A stretch of 63,750 nt of DNA, the filler included, from Sphacelaria rigidula (lineage: Eukaryota): the NCBI GenBank assembly GCA_964200075.2. It is 11 parts of 11 records of this genome, joined end to end, with 100 filler letters (N's around TTAATTAATTAA, not from the genome) between each part and the next. Parts side by side here need not be neighbours in the genome. Positions count along the whole stretch, not along the records: positions 34,831 to 40,534 come from CAXNAA020025113.1; positions 40,635 to 46,338 come from CAXNAA020025114.1; positions 46,439 to 52,142 come from CAXNAA020025115.1; positions 52,243 to 57,946 come from CAXNAA020025116.1; 7 more parts are not named here. One strand, written 5' to 3'. Each line of letters opens with the position of its first letter. The stretch's first letter is position 1. The notes under the pieces were generated by a model that was given only the letters and a program-made list of their open reading frames with translations, had not been told where the DNA came from and did no database searches. Both the position numbers and the translations under genes were made by a program. This document shows positions 38,846 through 52,729 of the stretch, one piece after another.

Positions 38846-40634
38846 AGGCGCTCCTGTGTCGGCCTCCCTCCTGTGTGGCCCCGGCTGATGCGCCCACGGA
38901 TACCCAAAGGTGTAGACTAGCGTCCAGAATAGATGGCATGACAGCACACAACACACACATACGCCAGAATTCCCCCCTTCCAAGTCTTTGAGTTTTAGCT
39001 TCTTGGGAGTGCAATTCTCGGAGCTTGTTGTCCATTTTTACTGTCAGTACTCCTTGCTCATGATGCCTGGTCGCCGGGGCGATAAGGAGAGCAAACGCAA
39101 CCTTGCTGTTCAGCTTTATCAAACCGTCCGTTCGTCACGTTCTCGAGTCTTGTGCTCGTGTACATCCATCCGTCTATCCATGTGCGTGTGTGTGCTTGTT
39201 TGACTGAGATCTCTCTGACCGAAACGGACGGCGTGTCTGTCCCTCCTTGTCTCCACTCTCGCCTCGGCAGTCCCAACAGCATTGCGACGTCAACGTTCAC
39301 CAAGACATTGATCGTCGTGGCGTCCGCGTTAGGGGGAGCTCTTTTCGCATGCATGGTGGTCTGCATGTTCTCCAAGTGCTACGCCACCCGGCACTTTTTG
39401 CATAACTCTTGGATCCAGCTCGTGGTTGACTTCGAGCCGACACACGACCTTCACACAAGTGCGTGATGTTTTGGTGTTGTCGGTGATGGTGATGGCGGTG
39501 ATGATGTCGTCGTCGTCATCGTCGAATTACCCAATGTTGCTCGGGAAGGGGGTTGGATGGACGTATGATGGGCAAGAACAGCCGCATTGAAAACGTAGCA
39601 GGGGCGGTTAGGTGGCTTTCAGTCGAAACTATGCCGTCCACTGTGATCCCTCTTCCAGTCTTGCCTGTCTTGCCCGCATTTTTCAATCACTCACTTGCAG
39701 ATACGTTCCGCAGAATGATCCGCACATGGAGAGCTGGTCACAAAATGTTCGCATCGTAATGCGTACGCCTAATTTGTAGACGCCGCGTAGTCAATAGAGC
39801 TGACGTTATCTGTATACATGTATCGTCCTGCGCCCACTGTCCCAAGCTGGAAGGATATGTGCGAGTTGTTGATGTGCAGTCCGAGTCAAACTAGACAACT
39901 GTATAAAGAAATGACAGCGATTGCTCGAAGACACCCCGTCGTCAATATCACGCATCATCAGACGTGAAACGTGACTATGCACTACAGTAGATATCAATTT
40001 CCGGGATTTTCATCGTATGCGATAGTAGGGATCGTACTTGACTGCCGGACAACCCCGATCCTCGCTTCTCCCTGCTGGCAAAAACGGATGCTGAGGTAGG
40101 TGTGTAAACGACAAGCGGCGGATAGTTTTACGCGCCTTCAGCGTCAATCGCCTCGCCATTCCGTGTTCGTGTTGCCTGTATGCTCTCGCATTTGCCCCCT
40201 TGTTTAGACTTTGGCCTCGCGGTCCTTGTCTTTAGCCTCCTCCACGGAATAACTCATGCAGCACGATATATCGTGGAGGACTCTGCGTCACTTCTCTACA
40301 CCATGCCCGTGAACCAAACGGGAGCACTGGCGACGCTGTTCTTACTTATCTTGGCCGTGCCCATGGCCTTCCAACGCTGCAGGGCAAAGGTAAGTGAGGA
40401 ATAGGGGCCAAAGGGCAAGTACATTTGGCGAAGAGAGGAGTAACCGAGAAGGGTGGGGGAGGGGGGGGGGCGTACTCATTCGTTGCTTGCCTTAGTCGTT
40501 TGACCATTGATCACTGATCGAGGAGGGAGGGGGGNNNNNNNNNNNNNNNNNNNNNNNNNNNNNNNNNNNNNNNNNNNNTTAATTAATTAANNNNNNNNNN
40601 NNNNNNNNNNNNNNNNNNNNNNNNNNNNNNNNNN

Positions 40635-40710
40635 GTGTGGGGAAAGCACTGTTTTAGGCTTGGACCTCATCTCGGAGTTAAACCTCAATTCGCACAGTTT
40701 GTTGTTATGT
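40635..40710. repeat. Inverted repeat pair at both ends of scaffold 8 (partner 46261-46336)
   Basis: GTGTGGGGAAAGCACTGTTTTAGGCTT...AGTTAAACCTCAATT...TTTGTTGTT is the reverse complement of the other scaffold end. Related sequence ends scaffold 2 (~11478-11511). Confidence 0.9.
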
Positions 40711-40714
40711 ACAG

Positions 40715-42150
40715 TTTTATCATTGCGTACATGACGGCGGCGCGGCAGGTACGGAGCAGAAGGGGTGCGCGCGGTTGCATGATCGGTGTTATTCGAGCGC
40801 GAGTGAACGCGCGAAGAACTTGATTTGTGCCGCGAATCATCCTCGTGAGTACGGTCACGGTTGGCATTCACCAGGCGCTTCTGAGCGCGCGATGAATTGG
40901 AATTGTGGCGTGAACTACCGTCATATGTGTGACCATGAGTGACATTCCTCGGGTGTGTAAAAACGCGCGATGAAGTCAAGCTTCGCTGGGAGTTGCCCTT
41001 AGAACTGCTAGAAGAACGGGAGACGTGGTCGTGACCAACTATCGGTGTCCGGCGCCGGTCAGAAGCGCGAGCAAGAATCTGGTTTGACGTTGAGGAGGGG
41101 CTGGACTCATGTCCGTTGAATTTTGCATGAGTGACGAACGGAGAACGCGATGTCGCCGATCGGGGCGCCAAACATACGGGTTTGGGCCTGGCAGGTGCAG
41201 AATCATCGTTGAATTGCACGTGAGCAGACGCCGATTGGTCTTGGAGCGTGGCCTGGCAAAAGCCGTAAATACCTCGAGAAGAGCTGAAGCTGGCGAGTGC
41301 GCCGACGCCGATGAAGTGCGATGCAGAGTCTGCATGGCAACATGCATGGCCGCGACTGCGGGTCCGACATTGAACTGCGCAGTAGGGCGCACGGGACTAT
41401 CGAGAGTCGTGCGATGGGGGTCCGTAACGGGAGCAGCCCGCGTGACAAAGTCTCTTGCTCCAGAAGCGATACGCTTCGTCGGGACAGAAACATCTCGAGA
41501 GTTGTCAGTCGTCATGCAACGGGGCGCCACGTTTAAAGCCGTTACAGGGCCAAGCTGGACACGTGTGTCCAGGGGCAACGACTCAGCAGGGGGCACAATC
41601 CTGACTCGGATTCCACATTGGGATTCGGAAGACCAGGTCGCAGCGAGGAGGGTGCTACGGAATCCACCGTTATGGGTTCACCGACATGTCTCACAGGAGG
41701 CAATGACTCCGCCGGTGGCACAAGCCTGTTCTCTGAGTCCAAGTCGGAGCGTGAGAGAACAGGTCGCGGCGTCATAGTCTTGTCTTCAAGCCTCGAAGAA
41801 CGAGCATCGCTCGAAGGTTGGCCTTCAGATCCCGAAGATCGAACAGCACTCGCATAAATTATGTGCGTCGATGAGTTGAAGGTGACGTGAAACTCATATT
41901 AAAAGATTTCAGACCGCCAGTTGTTGGACTCAGTGTCCGACGAAGCGATTGGTTTCCTAATTGAGGGGAAGAGCCAGCGTTATTTTTGTGCGACATGATA
42001 ATCGTACCCAACTTGCGTGCTTAAAACGTCAGGGGCAGTATGTCTGGTCGGCGGGCTCTAATCAAAGGGGCGTGACACGAAGAAATGCTATATGCAACGG
42101 CCGAAGCTTGTATCCGGAAATACGGGATAATGAAGCCTAATAGCGCCTGC
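40715..42150 (-). pseudogene. Decayed long Ser/Arg/Pro-rich ORF of unknown family
   Basis: Three overlapping minus-strand ORFs (41542-41775, 41039-41596, 40587-41219) chain through frameshifts. The duplicated peptide R[IL]VPPAESLP differs at five synonymous sites. Confidence 0.5.
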
Positions 42151-44509
42151 GGGGACCTTGGGACCTGATGAACTCAAGAATTATTATTCCACGGTTAGGA
42201 CAAATCAAGATTTATACGAGTTGACTCCTCACGACATGACAGGGGTCAGCCTCTATTCAAGTGTTGGTCCCGCATGCACCCAGCGGTAAATAACATACGC
42301 AGTACAGTCATCTCAACCGCATACATATTGGGAGAAAAGTGCGACCAATGCAAAACCCACGTCATGACAGGATTCAACGATGTGCCCACTCTTCGTCCCG
42401 CACGGAGACATACGCATGACATAGATGTAGATGCCATTCACCCCTCATGGTAAGTGTGGGTTGCATGTACAATCGATCCATTCCGCATTTTTCTAGAGGG
42501 GGTCAGCATGTGTTCATGACCTACCTCCTATGACCTAAAGGGTAGGAAACAGATGCCATTGCCGGTGTACTGCACGACACAAGAGCTCAAAAGCTGTATG
42601 AATTACAAATGATGTATGACCCGTATAATTTAGTCGTCGAAATGACGAATATGAGTTGAATCACGATGAATCGCGATTTTTGTTCGTTTTGCCCTAACCG
42701 TGGTTGTTTTCCGTCGATTTTTCTTTCAACACAAATTCGGAGAAAGCACGCGTCTGTTGCACCCTCACGAATGAGCGGTTTGAGTTTGATAACGAGTGTA
42801 CGGCTTTGCACGGTAAGGATGAATCACGGTTAATACCTCTAACCCCTAAGCTTGTCATCTGTATTCTGTGCAGGTATAAACTGATTGTGTTTGATATGAG
42901 TTAAGGCCAGATGAAGCGCCGAGTTTTCAACATTTTTCTTGTTGCACAAGCAAGTGTTCAACCAACACTGTGCAGCTTCTGCGAGCTCTCTTGTTAGAGC
43001 TGGGTTCATTAGTTATTGTTGGTAGCACCGCGACTAGTTTAGGTGCCGTGCTCGTCCTTTGGGGATTCCTTTTTTTTTACGGGGGATCGGGAAAGGCAAG
43101 ACACGGGTGTAATTCGTGCGCAAAAAACATGGCACGGGCACGTTTCATCTCAACTCCCACCGGCGCAGTACTGTCATCTTCGATTTTCAGAGCTCACGTC
43201 ACATTAGTTCAATTCTTTCACTACATGAGTTTTTATGCCCGACCCGTGTCACGGGGTGCGAGGAACTCACCACCGATGACCATAAAACCAAGAGTCGACA
43301 GAGGATGTCTTTGTAAACAAAACTGTACACGAAAACAATCACCCCGCCAAAATCGATCGAGCAACGAGGAACAGACTGCAAGCCAGCAAATAACCGGCGT
43401 GCGATCTAGACGACCAAATTACCACTCCCTGCTGCATGTTCATGTAGGAACAGCAAACGCAGGAGCCGACATGGCGCAGGCAGCGAGAACCACCCCGAAA
43501 AATACTTGATAGTTTTGAAAAATATCCCAGGTTCAAGGAAATTAGGTGATGGCTTCATCGACGAAACATCAACTGACTTGGCTCAGCATCAACATCAAGT
43601 GAGTTGACCACCCAAATATTAGGTCGGTGTAATTACCCAGAGCTAATCCAAGTTCGAGAACCTCAAATCTACCTGCCCTTTTGATTTCCCCTTACACTTT
43701 CAACCCCCCTTCCTCGGAATGAGTCCGTGGTCTCGAGGGATCAACTCACCTCTCCCCCGGTACGCGCCTTTCGTTTCGCTCTTGCGGATTGGGTCAGCAC
43801 TTCCGCACCGCGTCAACCCACGTCACACAAACCCAGTGAACTAATATTGTTTACCCACGTACTCACGTTTTCCACGGTGGAAATCGTACATAATGAAGAA
43901 AAAACTCAACCAATCACAAATTTAACCCCCGTTCTGTCCGCCCCAATGGCAACAGTCGGATCAATACACCACCGGGGCGCTAGAAGGAGATATTTTCGTG
44001 ATGTGTCTGGAGCAATTTAGAACGAAGGCAATAAAGAACTGAGGACACACCCATTGCCCCCCAATCCTGGCCCGCGAAACGTACTGGGAAAAAGAAGTTG
44101 GTTTGACGACGTTACAGTAAGACTACACAGCGCCGAAAGAACCGGAGGCCAAAACAAGAAGAAACGACGCCACTAAAAAGCCACAGAGACTGACGGAAGC
44201 TGACGTGGATGATGTCGGATCTGACGAAGTTCGTCACATCCCGAGTGTAGACATCTGGTTTTGGAACGCAGCACGGTATCATGAACGTAGAAGAGGGGAA
44301 GGTAAAGGTGCGAAGAGACGTGAACAAGCGTGCAGGCTGAAGATTGCACTGAGGCATGTTAGAAGAAATAAAAATAAAAAGTCTGGTACCGACGAGAGCA
44401 ATCATTGAAGGTGTGAGAGAGCAGGATGAAAATAAGACGACACATAATTGAGAGGGAGTTGAACAGGGACAAGAAATGGCCGCTTGTGGTACTTCCCGTC
44501 AGCGGCGGT

Positions 44510-45356
44510 TTAGCTTCCAGCTCCGCTCCTGGTGGCCGTGGGTCGGCTACCTTGTCGGGTCGTGCTGTTTTTCTTCTTTTCGAGGGGAGGGGAGACCTTA
44601 GTTGGTGGGGTGATAGGTTGGTTTCCGGGAGGGGACAGGGAGTTATCACTGACCCGCGGTGCTTTGCGCGGTGCCGAATCGTCGCTTCTTGACGCATATG
44701 ACGCTTTCTCCTTCAACAAGTGCCGTTGGAAATCAGACAGGAGCGTGGGACGCGTGTCGTAGAAACAGAGGTCACACCTTATTAGAGCTGGTTTGCCATC
44801 CCCCGCCGAGAGATCATAGAGTGTTTTTTGGGACAGGGTTGCTGTACACTCGTAACACGGATGAGTGCACTCCTCGACCGCTTTCACGAGGGTTTTACGC
44901 ACGCACGGCCGTCCGCGTGGGCGTATACCCTGTCTTTACCGCGAGTAGGATCGGACATGCGGTGGTACGGGGTGCTGACCCCGATTTCGCCGCCACACGC
45001 TAAGCAGAGGAAGGGCAGCTGCTTTCTGGAGCCCTTCGGGACTGGTTCTGTATCCTGCGAGACAGAGATGTGGGTGTTGCAGGTGGAGTACCTGTCAATG
45101 CCGAACGAGTTGGGAGGAGGTCGAAGCGACAGTTGCGGAAAGTTCAGGGAGAAAATAGTACGGAAGGAAAGATAGTTGTACTGTGAGCGAATGCGCGACG
45201 AACGGGTGTTGAAAGCAACGATGTCAAGTAGGTTGAAAAGGGAGGAAGTGGGATAAGAAGTTGCCTTCGGTTTTCAGGATACTCCTCGATGAACCCACAC
45301 TGAGGAAACCACGGCCGCCACGTAAGTGTGGCCTTCTGTACAGGCAAGTCTAGCAT
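44510..45356 (-). pseudogene. Frameshifted ORF with zinc-binding-like motifs, probably retroelement-derived
   Basis: An open stretch LFNLLDIVAFN...FLCLACGGEI...YAHADGRAC (45240-44890) is followed, after a frameshift, by CYEC...CDLC and a Pro/Ser-rich tail. Confidence 0.4.
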
Positions 45357-45541
45357 ATAGGGGTGTGTTATAAAAAAAAGGGTGGGAGGTCCCCTCCTAG
45401 CGTCTCGTTCCTAGTGTGTGTCGAATCGTGGGCTTGCAATGGTTGGCACCAACTCTGATGGGAACGTACACCAAAAGCATCGAAGAAGTGGGCTGGGGAG
45501 TGAGCCAGTTAAAATTCTATATCTTCATTGCTATTGACTGC

Positions 45542-45779
45542 TGCCGAGATAGACCCCCCCCCGGACCGGCCAAACAATTGCACGGAGGCGATGACAAAAA
45601 ATGCCGTTAGAGCTGATTTCGTGCTGCACGACGCGACTCATTCGTACGTTATAGGTGATTTCGGATTGCTACACGCCTCTCATATAGGCGAAATTGCTGC
45701 AAACGAACCCAATAGTGAGATCGCGCCAGTTTATCTGACGGTCTCCGGTGCACTTCTTGTGGGGGGGGCTATCTCGGCA
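45542..45779. mobile_element. MITE (copy 2 of 8652-8888)
   Basis: TGCCGAGATAGACCCCCCCC...GGGGGGGGCTATCTCGGCA, with an interior colinear with copy 1. Confidence 0.85.
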
Positions 45780-46739
45780 TTAGTTTATTACTGGAGTTCA
45801 ACTGAAAATGGGTACGAGAGCGCCAGTTGTCCAGTTCATGTGGAGGTGTTGCGCCGCTTGTCTATACCGAGTAATATTTATAGTAGTTACATGATGGGGA
45901 GTTTATAAGAAAGAAACACTGTGTACGATTAGACAGTAAGGTTGAAGTCAGCAGTCTGCAGCAGTTTCAGGTCCCACGAACGTCGGTGGTACCCGGTTGC
46001 TCTGCAGTGTTTTTATCGCCGACATCGGGTCGGTCGAAGGCTGGTCAGTCGAATGAGATAAACGAAGAAATGGAGAGGTGTGTCTAAGTTATGGTGGAAC
46101 GCTTGGTGCTAAAGTGCCGAACTCCATACCCCAATTCACAATTGCACGAAGATCGATGTCAACATGAAGCAGGAGATACTCACAATACGTCGAAGTAATG
46201 TAGCAGGTATGTACCTCATCCGAAGAAAAAAACATCCGGTCACGGGCGATCACAAAACACACAAAACAACAAATTGTGAGAATTGAGGTTTAACTTCGAG
46301 ATGAGGCTCAAGCCTAAAACAGTGCTTTCCCCACACTTNNNNNNNNNNNNNNNNNNNNNNNNNNNNNNNNNNNNNNNNNNNNTTAATTAATTAANNNNNN
46401 NNNNNNNNNNNNNNNNNNNNNNNNNNNNNNNNNNNNNNGACAGCGCTGAAACACACACAAATCGGCACCGGCTGATTTAGACCCACCCCCAGCCGGGTAC
46501 ATCTACTGGTGGTAAATATGCTGCTGATACTGCTGCTGTTGCTTCTTCTCCTCCTCGTGCCGAACGCGATTAGAACGGCGCGTGATTTCTCGTGGTCTCT
46601 CCGTAAACCATGCTGTAACAGGTTATAAACCTAGAAAACACTGCAGAACTGCCGTGTTGTCTTGTGTTCAGCGTAGTAGTCTGTTCTTCATACACCACTG
46701 CAAAATTGTTTTGTCTTGAGTGTACTACCCTGTACTCTA

Positions 46740-47330
46740 TATAATGCGTCATGGTTCGAGCAGCTTTTCGAAAAGTTCTGCTCGTCTTTTGAAAACTTCT
46801 CCTCGTTTTGGTGAGAAAGCATTCCGAAAAAAACGAGTGTTTTCTGTCACAGAAATCTAATGCAGAATCTGGAATAGCCTGAGATAACAACCAATTTGAA
46901 AATTGTAAAATTGGGTGTATTGCGCATCTTGCTCTGGAGGCGTTCACGAACTGCACACTCTTATTTGCATTTGCATACCTCACCTGCGAATAAGCCGTGT
47001 TAACGAGAACACTTGGGCAGCAGGAACCGGGATTCCAAGATAACCCGCACGTGGCGGGAATGAAGTAGATTCTCCATGATATCGGGTCTAGGAAACGAGT
47101 CACTGCCCGCAAAAACGTTAGGTCAACAATGAAACAGCATCACATGCTCATTTGCACTCCGCGTACTTTTGAACTGTGCCGTCTCCACGAAACACAAATC
47201 GCTGGCACGACACTATCGCCCACGCTACACAGTCCGGATGGGAGTCGGTGGTATCAGCTGTTCTACCGTATGACCAGAAATTGGGGGATGATCGGAGCAG
47301 TGCGAGACACTTTCCATCGGGGGAACAGAA
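46740..47330 (+). pseudogene. Probable hAT transposase remnant
   Basis: Motifs occur in hAT order: FRKVLLVF...KHS, GIA*DN, CxxH (GCIAHL at ~46913 or ICIPHL at ~46970) and LHETQ...SRWYQLFYRMTR. Contains stops and frameshifts. Called by eye only. Confidence 0.45.
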
Positions 47331-50300
47331 GAACAAAAGCGAGAGCGCGGTACTCTCTTCGGGATCCTCCATTGCTTCAAAAAAGTGTGCTCACACTCGC
47401 ACCAATGTGAGGGCAAGCAAAGTTCGGACTTATAATATACTTGATCAACTACCGGGAAAAATCACGTTTTTTTTTCTCCTGCTGTGTGTTCTCTGAGTGT
47501 CATTTTTCAGGGCTGGCTCATTCAGTAAACATGTTGATTGCACAAAAAACAAGGACCGTTCAATCCCCAACCGAAACGATAGAAAAAAATGGGTAATCTT
47601 GACCACATTAGTCACTGGGAACGATCAAGATGAAAATCTTGGTTCAGCATGCACCACCACACCGTGCGTGCAGCTGCGCATGTAGAGCGCACCAGTGTTC
47701 AACTCTTCCCCAGTGTCGAGATCAACAAAGGCTACGATCCAAGGTATTCGTACATTTGAATCAAGTGACAAAACAAGATTCGCGGCATGCTCGTACACCC
47801 TCAATACAAGAGTGGGTAACTCTTATGGTAGTCTTTGGGGCTGCTTTTAGGTGGTCAACAAACCCCCGAAACTGTTGAAAAAACGCGGAATGCGGTATGT
47901 AAGAGCCATAACTGCCGCACGACCTCCCCCCCCCCCCGTCCCCCTCTGAATAACACTCCTGGGCCATGAGTGATCGCTTGTTGGCACTAATCCATTACCT
48001 GCCATATGCATTGGGGTATTTAGTATATCATCCCCTCGCGCGAACCACATCTCCGGGTGATCAGTTTTCGGGTCTCGAGCAATCTGAACCACGGGGTCGT
48101 GTGCACCGCATTCTACGATACCCTGCTATCTACTATATGCGGGAGTAAGGATAAGAGGCGTGAACTGTGTCGACACTGGGAGGCTTTGCGAAAAAAAAAA
48201 AAACTTCGGATTTCAAGATCAACTTTTCAGGAGCCAGAGCGGAAAAATATCAAAGTCTTCTCAAGCCTCTGGATATTGATACTTACCCTAGTGTACGGCT
48301 GGTGTCTCCGTAGTGGCTGAAGGTTAGTAAATTTCTCGGACAGTCAGACAATACTTGCGACATGATAAATACATGAGTCGGGTGCGTTATCCCGTTAAAA
48401 GACAAAAAAAGGACAAAAAAACCTGAGATAGGACATGGATATATACATTTATACATATATGTAGGTGAAAACGGCATACAGATTATGGACAACGGATAAT
48501 ATAACAATTGCGAGGACACCAGTAAAAATGATCACGGGTCGGACGACTACTATTTCGCGTGATAATCATTTGCTCCTAGTGTAACTGATTTGTGCGATGA
48601 CTCGAGTTTACAGCGTTGCACCCCAGGTACGCGCACCCCACGCACGTAGTAACAGCGCAAAAATTGCGTAAAATCATTTCCGTACCGCCGTCAATTTTTT
48701 TATCTCCCGTTCTAGCAATCGGGCCTCAGGGATCGTGGATCTGACGATTCGAACCAGCGATGATTCCTCCGACCCTTGAAAGAAATTCATTGAGCCACAC
48801 ACTTCAAACAAACACAGGTCGCAATATACAAGCGCGTTTGCTTGTACACGCAACAGCAAGTCGTCGAATATCGGCAGCAATTAACAGGACACAAACACAC
48901 AACGCTTTTGCGCACGGGACACCTTATCTTCCCCCCTCCCCCCCGTGCTCCGTTTCGAAAAGCGTGCGTGGTCAATGATCAAACGACTGAAGCAAACAGC
49001 ATATTAGTACGCCCCCTCTCTCTCCTTTTTTCTCGTTTGTCATTCTTTTGTCACCTTCCTCGGATCCGGGACATGTATTGGCACCGGTCCAGCTTGTCAT
49101 CCTGCTTGGGGTTGAGTTCGTTCACCCTGTTGCTAAAAATACGTACACACAAGACGAGAAGGCGAGAAGGCAAGAGGGCGAAAACAACAGGAGGCAGCAC
49201 ACAAAACAACAGACATCACGCGTGGCGGATTTTGGTGAGAGGAGTATGAAAGCGTGTCTGCGGTAACTTGACAAAACCCACCGAGGAAACTAACATGAGG
49301 TGTACTCATGATCTTGCACGCCGTAGTCATCAGTACACTGACATGGGGAAAAGGGTGCCCTCATGATCTACAATGCTGTAGCCAAATAACCACGGGCTGG
49401 ATTGATGCAATCAGCTAATGTGAGATAATAAATCAGTCATGAGAACATTGACTTCACATCCCTACGAAGCCGGGATGGAGCAGGCCGGGTTTTTGCTGGA
49501 CCAGGCTCGCAAATCGATCACAAAGCGCGAAGCGCCGCGATGTGTTCGGCGGGTTGCATGAAGGGTGAGTTACATCTTGCCAAGATTGTTCGGCTACTAA
49601 TTATCCTGCGTATGGATGACAGCATGGGGGAAGGGGGAGCATAGTCCGCATGGCTGAATCAATAACGCGTAGCTGCCACTGCTAAAGGCAGTACTACCGT
49701 GAACCTAGGTGGATACATGAACACACGGGTTCGCATCGATGGTTCAAGTGTGTGGCAACCCATAAGTCTTCCATCCTGACGGTACCAATCGAAATCAACA
49801 TGGGCATCGTTCACCGCAGCTCGCAAGCCACAGCATTTCCGCACTTAACTCCTACTATCAAGCGGTGCGTCGCCTGCCAGCCGTGAATAGGAACTGTTGC
49901 CTGACCCAGCTCGTGGCGAGCTATGGATCTCGATGGAGTCCCCACATTGACTGTCGAAGTATGCGGCGAAAACTTGCACCGCACATACGGATTTGGCCAC
50001 TTCGGGCGCACTGGTGCACACGCACTGTGGGGACACGCTGGCTGAAAAAAAAAAAAAAACTACCTTGTTTATTGAGAAATGATGATTTGTGTGAAACTCA
50101 TGCACAGCACCCGCTTACAAACAGTGAGCAACGACACGTTCTCGGTTGTTTTTGACACGCACGGGACTGCCATTCGTTCATTACAGAACGGATTTCCGCC
50201 AAACAAAGACTGTCGTGTGAAGATTAGCAAGGGCTAGCACTGAAACTAATGGGCGTGAGTGGTGGGTGTCTGTGCATGTTTTTTGGGGGCTGGGTGTGCA

Positions 50301-52729
50301 GGTGTTGTGTTGCCTTGTTACGTCTTGTCTGCAGCATTGCACGGACCTTGGACTAACGACCACCTCAAGACCCGTCGCATTTCTGAAACTGTGTGTTGCT
50401 CTGGGGTCCAATCTGTTTTTCTCAGAAGTCATTCCACTCAGGGGTATGTGTGCGTAGACTCCGGTAAACGACTTGATGTTTCTGTTCGCATACCGCTTAG
50501 ATGCAACAGTAAACATGAACACTCTGCACGACTGTACTCTAAGGAGAGTGTTTCCATGGCACGGGCTTGCGCTACCCCCAAGCGAAAGGGAGGTTTGTTC
50601 TTTTTGCTCTTCCCCTGGAGAGAATCGTGGGCGTGGATGTTGTACTGTGTGATGTACCGTGTCGGGCTCTACGAATAACCATCTTTCTTGCGCAGGTCAA
50701 TAATAGTGTGCGGTCTCGCATGTGCAGTGTAGCAGTGCGTGTCTCCGGCAAGTCCTCACACATGAAGAGCTTGCGTATAACAGTAACGAAGTGGTTCTTT
50801 TTTTCGCATGGCACGGGTTTGCTTTTTTTCATCTACCCCCCGTTGCCCCCCTCCCCAAAAGAGGATCCCAGAGGAGAGTGGTGGGGGTGGGTGTTTTACC
50901 GTGTGCCGATGAGGAGGGGGTGCTATTTGTTTGGGTAGGTGGTTCTAAATATTTTCGTATGTGAAAGGATGTGAAAGGAAGAGCACGGACGGGAAGGGGG
51001 CGTTGGATACAAGAAGAGCGTCTGCAAAAATACTGTTCCGAAAATGACATTTTTTAAAACTTGGATAGAGTGTGGAAAACCGGACACCGATGTACTGATC
51101 GAACTATGGAGCAGAGAAACATAACGCTAACAAGAAATAGATGAAAAGAAAAAAATAGTACGCAGGCTGCTCAAGCGTGAGTGACCAAAACATTTTCTCC
51201 ACCAGATACAGAACGCACAACTGACCCGATCGAAATATATTTGGGTTATCATGGTGACCCCCATGAGCAAGTGAACCGTGTATCATAGCCAGATTGTTTG
51301 TACCCTTCGCTGTCGCTCTGGTGGTGAAAATGTTTCCCTGCCAATCAGGGGCCTTCAATTGTTCTGAAATTCAGGACGCGAGATCCCGACTCAATTTGTA
51401 CTCGGTCTCATTGTGAATCAAACCTTAGTGATCCCGATCAGCGAAGGAATCTAACGCGAAAAAAAAAAATGCAAACAGTTTGCATGAGATCGAGCTACAC
51501 GCCAGACCGTGGTATTCCGATAACGTGGGGTTCTGGAGTTGTCGCGTTTCCCACTGACAATATGCATCAGAGACCCAGAAAGCCTCTCGACAAAATCCCT
51601 TATACCCGCCGAAGTAAAGCTCCAATCATCCTCAAACTTGGCAGTCTGGTAGATACGGGTGCTTCAAATGGATGGAAAAAAAAATCGTTGGAGGATTTCA
51701 GAGTTTATCCGCTCTCCACTGGCTTCCGGGGGGTCCCAGCGTTACCTCAACTCACCATCTATCCATTTTCGTGACTATGGCTGGAATACTACCGGATCAT
51801 TCGATGTGCGACAACCAGCCGATGAATCAATGAACAAGTGATACTCACACTTGCTCTAGCTTCTCCGCGAGGGCCTCCAACTCGAACAGGGCGCTTTTCT
51901 TTGCTTGCGACCCTTGCACTCCTGACCCAATGCCCCGTTTGTGGACCTCCACCACGCGTCCGTGTTTTTTCAACTGCTCGAACAACAGTAACAAGAATGG
52001 TGACGATAGCAACAATCATGGATGATCAAAAATGCAAAACAGAGGAACAACTATCCCCCCTGCCTACCCACGCCCCTGAGGATGCTCCGTCTCGAAAGGG
52101 ATGCGCGGTCAATGGTCGAACGACTAAGGCAAGCAACAAATGNNNNNNNNNNNNNNNNNNNNNNNNNNNNNNNNNNNNNNNNNNNNTTAATTAATTAANN
52201 NNNNNNNNNNNNNNNNNNNNNNNNNNNNNNNNNNNNNNNNNNAGAGCACACACAGACCGGAGAGCTCGTCCATCCCCTGACTATGCACGCCGCAAAATCC
52301 CTTAAAGTACGTTTGATTCGAGTAGGGTTTTCATTTCACGCTTTAGAATTTTTCTTGTTCCGAAGGACGAACCATGGCGTGGCTCGGCTACTCACCGGCG
52401 TGTATTCGTCCAAGCTACAATTGTACCGGTTGGTTTTACCTAAGACGTCACGGTGATGGAGAAAATCGCAAAAACCCACGTTTTTTTCACATAATTCGTT
52501 ATAAAACTCGCATTCTGCGATGAAATAAAAAAATCCAGCCCGTACAATTGTAGCTGTCATCTTGGCGCAGATGATGCAAAAATTCGCATCCCAATCGACG
52601 GCCGTGGTGATGAGTATTCTCTGAGACAATTGGGCTGTCATCACAAACACGCACCTCCCACCCTCGCCGGTCTCCACAAAACGCGAAAACCTCACCCCTG
52701 TCTAATGGCCTCGGAATAGATGACACCCA

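Noticed and set aside
41109..41777. 222-aa plus-strand ORF
   Set aside because: It is probably the antisense shadow of the decayed minus-strand frame, which is better supported by three chained ORFs and the synonymous peptide duplication.
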